Assembly: GCA_001793155.1 (NCBI GenBank)
Contig: MGHI01000040.1
Coordinates: forward strand, 3,209 to 67,208
Length of the DNA: 64,000 nt
Source of the DNA: Candidatus Woesebacteria bacterium RIFCSPLOWO2_01_FULL_39_61
Lineage (GTDB): Bacteria; Patescibacteriota; Microgenomatia; UBA8517
Direction: 5' to 3'
Shown: in pieces, positions 55,393 through 62,655 of the stretch
Layout: each line of letters opens with the position of its first letter
Numbering within the stretch: the stretch's first letter is position 1
Notes under the pieces: generated by a model
Database searches by the model: none
What the model was told of the DNA's origin: nothing
The model's input: the letters and a program-made list of their open reading frames with translations, nothing else
Program-made: the position numbers and the translations under genes

Positions 55393-55485
55393 AACAAAAC
55401 CCCCGTGAATTATTCCTGAAAGTTTGGCGCATGCTCGATTCCGCGCTGGTGAAAAACCAGAATAGTATTACACCTATATAACTTC

Positions 55486-58400
55486 TTAAGGAGTCGGTGT
55501 TGTAGTCTGAACTGCTCGCCTCTTCTTTTTCTCTTCATCTATTCGTCTTTGTTCTTCTTCGAAAGCTTCGATTTCTTTTGCCATTTTCTTCGATATACCC
55601 CTTCTTGATCTCTCTCGTGGAGCAAAAAGCGTTCCTTCTATATAAATGTCGTATAAAAGGTTCCAATCACTTGTTAATACATCTCTTGCGTGCAACGAGT
55701 CGTAAAGTTGTTTACGCCGTTCTGGGCTCATAAAAAATCGATTATCGGAAAGTACGGAGGTTACTATAGCATTATATGCAGACTCGGGAATATCAAGTAT
55801 TGTTTCTGCTTGTCCGGTAACAAACCCCTTTTCTGGGCTCATTATTAAAGCTGTTGCTCCGAGAAGATAGGCACGATCGGTAAATATCGGAGCCAATTTT
55901 GCATCCCCCCTAACTTTAATCCACTTATCAAGAAAGGATTCCCTCGACAATCTTTTCTTGGGATCCCCGCTCATTTGGTGCCCCTCAAGTGCCACAACAG
56001 CACTGCCAACATCCCAATAATAACCCCACCATTCACCAGCCCTAACTTCATCAAGCACTTTACCGGCGTTTTCATTTCCATTTTCAGTCAGATCAACAAG
56101 CTCAATCGGAACTTCTTTTGTGATTGTTTTTTGTCCTTTTTCAAATTTGATCACGGCTTTTTGTGCAGTCTCGATTGGCACTGCCCTAACATACCTTTCT
56201 TTATCTATAAGTACGTCTGCTATTGAAGTTGATGGGTGCCTGCTTCTTTCTCCCGTCTGCGGATCTGCATATTCTTGCCCTCCCGTATCAATCATCTCCA
56301 ATACACTGTAGAACATCCTCTCCGGAATATAATCTCTTTCGCCTTCGTCAAATTCTTCCCTGAAAGTCGTTCCCTTTTTGGTTTTTCTATCCTTAACACT
56401 GTAATTTTCCCTTGTCCACTCACCTAGGGGACCACCGTATGCGCGTTCTGCGTTTAAGGTTCGTTCCATATCAGCCGCTTTCCGCTCTGCCTCGTCAAGC
56501 TTGTCGGGTGCTATCCGTCCAGCAGCCACATCCTCTCGTATCCGCTTTATCTCTGCCGACTTTCTTTCAAATCTCTTTCTGGCAGAAAGTCGTTCTTTTA
56601 GTTTAAGTCCCGGTGAAAAAAGTTCTCTTACTCCATCCGAAATTGTAGCCGATTCCTGTAGCTTTATAGCATAATCTTTGCGTGTGGGATCATCCTCCTC
56701 CTTAATAGCCTCTGTTTGTGCTCTGTAGACGTCTCCCGAATCATAAGCGCCGGTAGCGTAAAAAAGGTCATCGGCGGCATGAACGGAGGTTTGAATTAAA
56801 TCTTCTACTGTAACCCGATGATCTGTTGCCCATTTTCTAGCTTCTTCCACTTCTTTCTGGTGGTTCTCTAGATTTCTTTCTGCTTTAGTTATTTCCGCAT
56901 CAACATCTTCCCCCTGTACTTTTCTTGTTTTTAAGCTCTCCAATTCATCAATTGATTTCTGCAACCCCTGGTCGCTGAGTCTTTCAGACATCGCCTTCGT
57001 TAAAGCCTTTCTATAAGCGTCAAGGTTCTTTTTATCTGATAAAAGCTGATAGCCTGTTTCCGATAATACAAATTGTTTGAAGTTGAAACCTGTAGCAAAA
57101 TTTAATTTTTCAACCTTCTCTTGCACCTTAACAAGCTCGTCCCCTTGAAATTCTCCCCTTTGTATCTTTTCGGTTAATGTTTTTGCTTCTTCGGCTGCCT
57201 CGGCCCCTACTTTGTCCGGAAAATCTTGGAACACGTCTTTTGCAAGGGTTAAAACCGCCATTCGAAATCCGGGTGTATTATCCCAAGCCTCCCTGAAATA
57301 TTCGCGGGAAAGCCTGGCTCCCTGGGCTTCGATCCAATTTTCGGACGTTTTTGCTCCGGTTAACTCTTTAATATATGAAAGGTAATTGAGCTGTAAAAAT
57401 AGTCTGATTGAATCCTGATATTTCTCCCTATCCTCGTTACTTATCCGGGTGCCGTCCGGTCTTTGTTCAAACCTGAACCAGTACGGGTTGCTCGAATCAA
57501 ACCCTTCGGGGTTTGTAAAAGCCCTGTGCTTCATCGCGTGAACAACGGCCTCGTAACCGGAAAGAAGCGCTCGGTTTTGCTCTACTGCCATCCTATATTG
57601 ACCCTCGGTAAAGTCAGCCATTTTCTTTAATTGTTCAAGCAGTGCATCTCCAGCCACGGCCCCACCAGTAGCAACTTCTGGTTTTCTGTATTTACCCTTT
57701 CCTTGAATAAAGTCGGAGGCGTCTTTTTTTAACTGCGGTCTTTCCTTACCCCATCGTTCGAGATCAATGGTTTTTCCGTACCTGTCAAGGTATAATTTCG
57801 CTTCTTCTGCCACCTTTCTATATTCAGTGGCAGTTTTGGTGTCTCCCGCAGCTTCTGCAGCCAGAGCCGCACCTGGGTAATATTCAAGTTGTGCTTCAGC
57901 AAGATGAAACTCCATTTGATCTAACGCTCCTCCGATATAGGCCGAAGACATTCCCCCAAAATCAACGGTTGATCGATTCAAACTTCTGGTTTCTACTCTA
58001 TGTAGTTCAGATGCGTTTCTACCAAGACCGCCAATTACATCCATTGCATCTATGTAATCATTATCCATTTGAGCCTTTTTTATTTGTACGTTAATCCCCC
58101 GAACCTCACCCGACACCGGATCTGTATGTCTAAAAATTCCAGCGGCTTTTGCTGACTGGACTAAAACTTCATCTCGGGCAAATTTCAGTCCTTCTACCGC
58201 CTTAGCAACCTCATCATCCGTTAAATTTTGTCCGTTTACTGTAAACCCACTTGGTGTATCAACTAAACCCAATAGTCTATTCTGAATTAAAAGAAATAGA
58301 CTTTCGTTGGGATCCTGGGCTTTTTCTCTGTTGATTTCTTCAATTATCCCCATTAACTTTTCGCTGTCTCTAAACTCTACATGTAAGGCTCCGATTGTGG

Positions 58401-58689
58401 CCTTTTCTAAAACTTCCCTGTACACAAGCTTCTTTTCATCAGATAGTGTACCTCCTTCAAATAGTAGAGCCTTCGTGTTTTTTTCCTGAAGCCTATCTAT
58501 ATATTCCCTTCTAGACATAGACCTTTTTTCAATGTCCCCAAGAATTGCATCCATCCTCTCTGAATCAGGATCGTTACCAATATATCTCTTACCCTCTAGT
58601 TTTCCGCTACTTGGTTCCCAACTGGTGGTCGCAATTTTTATATCTGGTCGTCCTTCTCCTTCTGGTCCGTCGCTCATTTTTCCTTTCAC
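55486..58689 (-). CDS. Large hypothetical soluble protein (1067 aa), no TM segments, function unknown
   Basis: The ORF track starts at GTG (58689). The ATG (MSDGPEG) lies 4 codons in. Preceded by the RBS GAAAGGA and a TTCACA-N16-TATAAT promoter. Charged, helix-rich, no recognisable catalytic motifs. Confidence 0.5.
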   Translation of the reverse strand: MKGKMSDGPEGEGRPDIKIATTSWEPSSGKLEGKRYIGNDPDSERMDAILGDIEKRSMSRREYIDRLQEKNTKALLFEGGTLSDEKKLVYREVLEKATIGALHVEFRDSEKLMGIIEEINREKAQDPNESLFLLIQNRLLGLVDTPSGFTVNGQNLTDDEVAKAVEGLKFARDEVLVQSAKAAGIFRHTDPVSGEVRGINVQIKKAQMDNDYIDAMDVIGGLGRNASELHRVETRSLNRSTVDFGGMSSAYIGGALDQMEFHLAEAQLEYYPGAALAAEAAGDTKTATEYRKVAEEAKLYLDRYGKTIDLERWGKERPQLKKDASDFIQGKGKYRKPEVATGGAVAGDALLEQLKKMADFTEGQYRMAVEQNRALLSGYEAVVHAMKHRAFTNPEGFDSSNPYWFRFEQRPDGTRISNEDREKYQDSIRLFLQLNYLSYIKELTGAKTSENWIEAQGARLSREYFREAWDNTPGFRMAVLTLAKDVFQDFPDKVGAEAAEEAKTLTEKIQRGEFQGDELVKVQEKVEKLNFATGFNFKQFVLSETGYQLLSDKKNLDAYRKALTKAMSERLSDQGLQKSIDELESLKTRKVQGEDVDAEITKAERNLENHQKEVEEARKWATDHRVTVEDLIQTSVHAADDLFYATGAYDSGDVYRAQTEAIKEEDDPTRKDYAIKLQESATISDGVRELFSPGLKLKERLSARKRFERKSAEIKRIREDVAAGRIAPDKLDEAERKAADMERTLNAERAYGGPLGEWTRENYSVKDRKTKKGTTFREEFDEGERDYIPERMFYSVLEMIDTGGQEYADPQTGERSRHPSTSIADVLIDKERYVRAVPIETAQKAVIKFEKGQKTITKEVPIELVDLTENGNENAGKVLDEVRAGEWWGYYWDVGSAVVALEGHQMSGDPKKRLSRESFLDKWIKVRGDAKLAPIFTDRAYLLGATALIMSPEKGFVTGQAETILDIPESAYNAIVTSVLSDNRFFMSPERRKQLYDSLHARDVLTSDWNLLYDIYIEGTLFAPRERSRRGISKKMAKEIEAFEEEQRRIDEEKKKRRAVQTTTPTP

Positions 58690-58757
58690 TAATCAAATTA
58701 TATCATCTTAATTATACTTCATCTATAAATTTTGTGAAAACGCTTCAGGTTTGAAAA
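58671..58757. repeat. Direct repeat R1: promoter plus 5' end of the 1067-aa gene plus conserved upstream element TTTGTGAAAACGCTTCAGGTTTGAAA
   Basis: ccgtcgctcatttttcctttcactaatcaaattatatcatc...tttgtgaaaacgcttcaggtttgaaa. About 90% identical to R3 (60308..60385) apart from a 13-nt indel. Confidence 0.6.
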
Positions 58758-58989
58758 AAAATGGAAGAAATATCACTTTAAGAAATTCCTCTAACGTCAT
58801 AGAGGCCTGGTTTAAAATACTCTGAAAGGTTCCCATCGCAACTTCCTTGTGGTTGGGAATAATGATAGTTTGAAGTTTACCTCTCCAAAAACCCTTAAGT
58901 TTGACGTGGCTTCCCTTCTGAGATACTTTGTAAAATCCTGCCTTTTTAAAAGATTTTATGATTACTCTGGCTGAGTAAAGCTTAGGCAT
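58723..58989 (-). CDS. hicA: HicA family toxin (mRNA interferase)
   Basis: Start taken at MPKLYSAR. ...KKAGFYKVSQKGSHVKLKGFWRGKLQTIIIPNHKEVAMGTFQSILNQASMTLEEF matches the HicA core (GSH..., P.H...G.L..IL). The C-terminal tail runs into repeat R1. Confidence 0.6.
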   Translation of the reverse strand: MPKLYSARVIIKSFKKAGFYKVSQKGSHVKLKGFWRGKLQTIIIPNHKEVAMGTFQSILNQASMTLEEFLKVIFLPFFFKPEAFSQNL

Positions 58990-59197
58990 AAATAAGTCGT
59001 AGCTCAGGGTTTTTTGGAACACCAACGGTCGGAAGTTTAACGTTCTCGTCTTCCAACAGCAATTCAACGGCTTCCTTTAAATTGTTAAGGGCCTCTTTTT
59101 CTGTTCTACCTTGGCTGGCAAGCTCAATTCCGATGAGTTTAGCAACAAACAATTTTTCTTCCTGCCAAACAAGGGCTGACAATTTCCTCTTCGCCAT
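58982..59197 (-). CDS. hicB: HicB family antitoxin (short form)
   Basis: Start taken at MAKRKLSALVWQEEKLFVAKLIGIELASQGRTEKEALNNLKEAVELLLED, the UPF0150/HicB N-terminal pattern. Overlaps hicA by 8 nt. Confidence 0.6.
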   Translation of the reverse strand: MAKRKLSALVWQEEKLFVAKLIGIELASQGRTEKEALNNLKEAVELLLEDENVKLPTVGVPKNPELRLIYA

Positions 59198-59248
59198 ACT
59201 AGCTAATAGTAGTAAAAACAACTGCAGTAATCAAGGATTAATTAATTT

Positions 59249-59275
59249 TGTGAAAACGCTTCAGGGTTGAAAGGA
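59249..59275. repeat. Partial repeat R2: conserved upstream element TTTGTGAAAACGCTTCAGGGTTGAAA
   Basis: 27-bp copy located about 50 bp upstream (minus-strand sense) of the hicB start. Confidence 0.5.
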
Positions 59276-59381
59276 AATAATATTATCGATTTTATTCTCG
59301 AATCTCGGGAGTCTGAAAATAGTGCAAATTTACTGATATAATAGAGAGAGTACATTTTCGGAATGCGATGTCTGTAAGCTC

Positions 59382-59633
59382 ATGCTACAAAAAATTTTAC
59401 AAAATAAGCCTTATCTGGCCTGGTATGTTAAAAATAGAAGTACGCTTTCGGACGTGAGTACGTTGGAACATATTTTATCCTACGGTAATTGGGACGATAT
59501 TTTGGAAGCAGAAAAGACCGTGGGAATCTCTAAAATGAAGTCTCTTTTTCAAGAAATCGCATCAAAAAAAAGAGTAAACCTCAAACCACAAACGCTCAAT
59601 TTCTTTCAAAACTATTTCGATAAATATGCATGA
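59382..59633 (+). CDS. Hypothetical small protein, possible cognate partner (AbiEi-like antitoxin?) of the downstream nucleotidyltransferase
   Basis: 83-aa ORF overlapping the downstream AbiEii-like gene by 8 nt (translational coupling). No confident family match. Confidence 0.3.
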   Translation: MLQKILQNKPYLAWYVKNRSTLSDVSTLEHILSYGNWDDILEAEKTVGISKMKSLFQEIASKKRVNLKPQTLNFFQNYFDKYA

Positions 59634-60237
59634 AGAAATTCTATCGGAAAATCAAAAGAGGCTTCTTCCTCTCCTAAATAGATTCTCGGGAAAATTCGGG
59701 CTGGTTGGCGGAACCGCAATTGCACTACATATTGGCCATAGAAGGTCCCTCGACCTTGACCTGGCAACTCTTGAAAGTACAAAAAACGAAAAAGTAGCGA
59801 ACGAAGTAAGAAGTCTTTACTCAATAGAAAGTGTTCTTGTCGATGAAGTAAACGAATTAAGTATAGTTGTAGAATCCGTCAAGCTCACTTTCTTTACCTA
59901 CCCTTTCCACATTGAATTTACAGACAAGCTGACCCAAGTTTTAAAAATGCCAGATTTAGTAACACTATCTTCTATGAAAGCTTACGCTCTGGGGAGAAGA
60001 GCAAAATGGAAGGATTATGTGGATTTGTATTTTGTTTTTAAGAATTACTCTTTAAAGGATGTTGTAGATAAGTCAAAAGGGATCTTCAAGGGTGAGTTTA
60101 ACGAAAAATTATTTAGAGAAGAACTTAGTTATTTTGAAGACATAGATTATTCAGAAGAAATTGACTATATGGAAGGCTTTAAGACGAACGACGACGTCAT
60201 TAGAAATGCTCTAAAGGAAGTCAGCCTTCAGAAGTAA
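59626..60237 (+). CDS. AbiEii/AbiGii-type nucleotidyltransferase toxin (DUF1814 family)
   Basis: 203 aa. ...FGLVGGTAIALHIGHRRSLDLDL... is the GGTAL..GHR.S.D.D motif of AbiEii-family NTases. Confidence 0.65.
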   Translation: MHEEILSENQKRLLPLLNRFSGKFGLVGGTAIALHIGHRRSLDLDLATLESTKNEKVANEVRSLYSIESVLVDEVNELSIVVESVKLTFFTYPFHIEFTDKLTQVLKMPDLVTLSSMKAYALGRRAKWKDYVDLYFVFKNYSLKDVVDKSKGIFKGEFNEKLFREELSYFEDIDYSEEIDYMEGFKTNDDVIRNALKEVSLQK

Positions 60238-60307
60238 TAACTAAAACCTGGTGACCAGTTAACTTGAAGCCAACCTTTTTCAGTACAGTTTTCGCTCACT
60301 CCCAGCT

Positions 60308-60385
60308 CCGTCACTCATTTTTCCTTTCACTAATCAAATTATACCATCATTAGAAAAGTTTGTGAAAACGCTTCAGGGTTGAAAA
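60308..60385. repeat. Direct repeat R3: orphan duplicate of the promoter and first codons (MSDG...) of the 1067-aa gene
   Basis: ccgtcactcatttttcctttcactaatcaaattataccatcattagaaaagtttgtgaaaacgcttcagggttgaaa. Read on the minus strand it gives TTCACA-N17-TATAAT, an RBS, and ATGAGTGACGGA. The ORF then terminates after 12 codons. Confidence 0.6.
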
Positions 60386-60435
60386 AGCACGTTCACGAGG
60401 TAAGGTAAAGGGTGAAGGTTAAAGGGTAAAAGAAA

Positions 60436-60822
60436 ATGACTATTCCCTCCCAAGTCACTAGCTACAAAAAATTACAACTATATCAGAAGGCCAGGCTTTT
60501 AGTTCTTAAAACATACCAGATTACATCCTTATATCCAAAGTCAGAATTGTATTCATTGGTTCCTCAGATGCGAAGATCAGCCATGTCTGTACTTGCAAAT
60601 ATTGTAGAAGGATATTCAAAAGAAAGCGCACCTGAATATGCCAGATTTTTAACTATTTCTATCGGATCTATAACTGAACTCGAGGTTTATTTAGACATCT
60701 CTTTAGATTTGGGTTACCTTTCAAAAGATAAACTTGATAAAATGAATACAATAATAATTGAAGTAAAAAGACTTTTGTACGGATCAAGAAAAAGGGCTCG
60801 AGAAAAGATAAGTATAAAGTAA
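60436..60822 (+). CDS. Four-helix-bundle protein (23S rRNA IVS protein / Avd-like fold family)
   Basis: 128 aa. LQLYQKARLLVLKTYQITSLYPKSELYSLVPQMRRSAMSVLANIVEGYSKESAPEYARFLTISIGSITELEVYLDISLDLGYL is a strong match to the family consensus. Confidence 0.7.
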   Translation: MTIPSQVTSYKKLQLYQKARLLVLKTYQITSLYPKSELYSLVPQMRRSAMSVLANIVEGYSKESAPEYARFLTISIGSITELEVYLDISLDLGYLSKDKLDKMNTIIIEVKRLLYGSRKRAREKISIK

Positions 60823-60856
60823 CTTTCACCTTTTACCTCTTGCCTTTTACCTATAC

Positions 60857-61882
60857 ATGGATCAAGAACACCCGATACCGCAACAAATTTCAGCCTATCA
60901 ATTCAGGCTGGTCGGAGATATGACCTTGAAACAGTTTTTTCAGGTTGCTGCCGGAGTTTTAATTTCTTTGGTTATTTATTCTTCGGGTCTGACGCCGTAT
61001 ATTAAATGGCCGCTGATAATCCTTTCATTTTTGGCGGGCATTGCTTTTGCCTTTTTTCCGCTTGAAGATAGACCGCTCTCTAAATGGCTTTTCCTTTTTG
61101 TAAAAGCAATATACTCTCCTACAATTTATACCTGGAAAAAAAAAGTTGTCGAACCTCAGTTTTTCCAACCCGAACCGATTTCTCAGCCTACTTCGATGCC
61201 TCAAACACCTGCCATAGAGGATTTGGCAACTAAACAGGCTCCTGTACCAAGTCTGGAGCCTTCTCCGAAGGAGTTTCAAAAATTTGAACAGCGCGAAAAA
61301 GAATTTATGTCAAAGGTGTCGGAACAATTTGAGTCAGCAAAAAAAGTTGAACTTGGCGGGAAAGCTCCACGACAAGTTCCTCTGGATAATGATAAGGTTA
61401 AGGTTCCCCAAGTTCCGGCCCTGACGGTCGAAAAGACAGAGAAAAAGCCCGTCGTTCCAATCCCGGAACTTAGCGTTTCGGACGTCGGAAGCGAAATAAC
61501 CGCTTCCGTCGGACAAAGAATGAACGAGGTTAAACTCGCGGAATTTTCTCCGGAAGCAGCACCCCCAACCCCTCCCACAAAATCCAACATTGTTGTGGGA
61601 CAGGTCATAGATTCAAAAGGCATGATTATTGAAAATGCAATTCTTGAAATTAAAGATCCTGAAGGCCGTTCGGTAAGAGCTCTCAAAAGCAACAAGCTAG
61701 GGCACTTTATGATTGTTACGCCTTTGGCAAACGGTAAATATGAGATAATAACTGAGAAAGAAGGGTTTACCTTTGAACCGATATCCTTTGAAGCAAGAGG
61801 AGATATTATACCACCGGTTTTCGTCAAAGCCAATCAAATTGAAGCTAATCTAGCTACTAATCAACCAACAATGGTTAACTAA
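60857..61882 (+). CDS. Membrane protein: N-terminal PrgI/VirB3-like TM hairpin, Pro-rich linker, C-terminal carboxypeptidase-regulatory-like beta-sandwich
   Basis: 341 aa. ISAYQFRLVGDMTLKQFFQVAAGVLISLVIY...PLIILSFLAGIAFAFFP resembles PrgI-family proteins that precede VirB4 in Gram-positive-type T4SS. The C-terminal VVGQVIDSKGMIIENAILEIKDPEGRSVRALKSNKLGHFMIVTPLANGKYEI resembles the CarboxypepD_reg fold. Confidence 0.4.
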   Translation: MDQEHPIPQQISAYQFRLVGDMTLKQFFQVAAGVLISLVIYSSGLTPYIKWPLIILSFLAGIAFAFFPLEDRPLSKWLFLFVKAIYSPTIYTWKKKVVEPQFFQPEPISQPTSMPQTPAIEDLATKQAPVPSLEPSPKEFQKFEQREKEFMSKVSEQFESAKKVELGGKAPRQVPLDNDKVKVPQVPALTVEKTEKKPVVPIPELSVSDVGSEITASVGQRMNEVKLAEFSPEAAPPTPPTKSNIVVGQVIDSKGMIIENAILEIKDPEGRSVRALKSNKLGHFMIVTPLANGKYEIITEKEGFTFEPISFEARGDIIPPVFVKANQIEANLATNQPTMVN

Positions 61883-61896
61883 AAAAATATTACAAA

Positions 61897-62565
61897 ATGG
61901 CAATACCTTTTCTAAGTACTCCTGATAAAACAATTCTTTCAACCACGCAGGACCTTATTCCTTTAGCTGATATTGTCGACGGAGTTGTGATCTATAAAAA
62001 CGGAGGCGCTGCCCAAATCATGGAATCAACTTCTCTTAATTTTGGCCTCTTAAGCGAAAACGAACAAGAAGCAGTTATTGCATCATATGCGGGACTTCTT
62101 AACTCTTTCAATTTCCCAGTCCAAATCGTGGTCAGGTCACAAAAAAAGGATATCTCTATTTATATGAATTTCTTAAACGAAGCCCAATCTAAAATTAATA
62201 ATCCAAAATTGATTCATATAATGGAAGACTATAAAAATTTTATAGCCGAAGCGATTAAAAAGAAAAATGTGCTTAGTAAAAAGTTCTATATCGTGGTTTC
62301 CTTTTCTCCTTTCGAACTAGGATTAGGAAAGTCTTTAGTAACAACTTTTAGGCCATCGAAAAAAGGGGCACTCTTACCATTTCCCAAATCCTACGTTGTA
62401 AGAAAAGCAAAAATTGCTCTTTTCCCTAAAAGAGAACACTTAGCAAGACAGGCAAGAAGATTAAATATTCAGCTAAAACCCCTGTCGAACGAAGACCTTA
62501 TCCGACTTTTTTATAATACTTATAACCCTGAACCTCCTGTAAAGGAAATGGGGATTCTGGGATAA
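61897..62565 (+). CDS. VirB4/TrbE N-terminal domain-like protein (CagE_TrbE_VirB-like), in frame with the downstream ATPase ORF
   Basis: 222 aa. DLIPLADIVDGVVIYKNGGAAQIMESTSLNFGLLSENEQEAVIASYAGLLNSFNFPVQIVVRSQ follows the VirB4 N-domain pattern (L..D.I..L.DGS....I..G..FEL..E.E.......FN.LL......V.IY..LVR). Terminated by a single TAA. Confidence 0.4.
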   Translation: MAIPFLSTPDKTILSTTQDLIPLADIVDGVVIYKNGGAAQIMESTSLNFGLLSENEQEAVIASYAGLLNSFNFPVQIVVRSQKKDISIYMNFLNEAQSKINNPKLIHIMEDYKNFIAEAIKKKNVLSKKFYIVVSFSPFELGLGKSLVTTFRPSKKGALLPFPKSYVVRKAKIALFPKREHLARQARRLNIQLKPLSNEDLIRLFYNTYNPEPPVKEMGILG

Positions 62566-62655
62566 GCTGCTGCGGAATTGATACTGCAGCAGTCTCGAAC
62601 TTTGTGTGAGACTAGCTTGTTCACTCCTCGCCCAAAGGCGAGTTTGAATAAATAT

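Noticed and set aside
53216-60822. Diversity-generating retroelement (two Avd-like four-helix-bundle genes)
   Set aside because: No reverse-transcriptase ORF and no template/variable repeat pair could be seen in the window. Only the Avd-like fold family is present.
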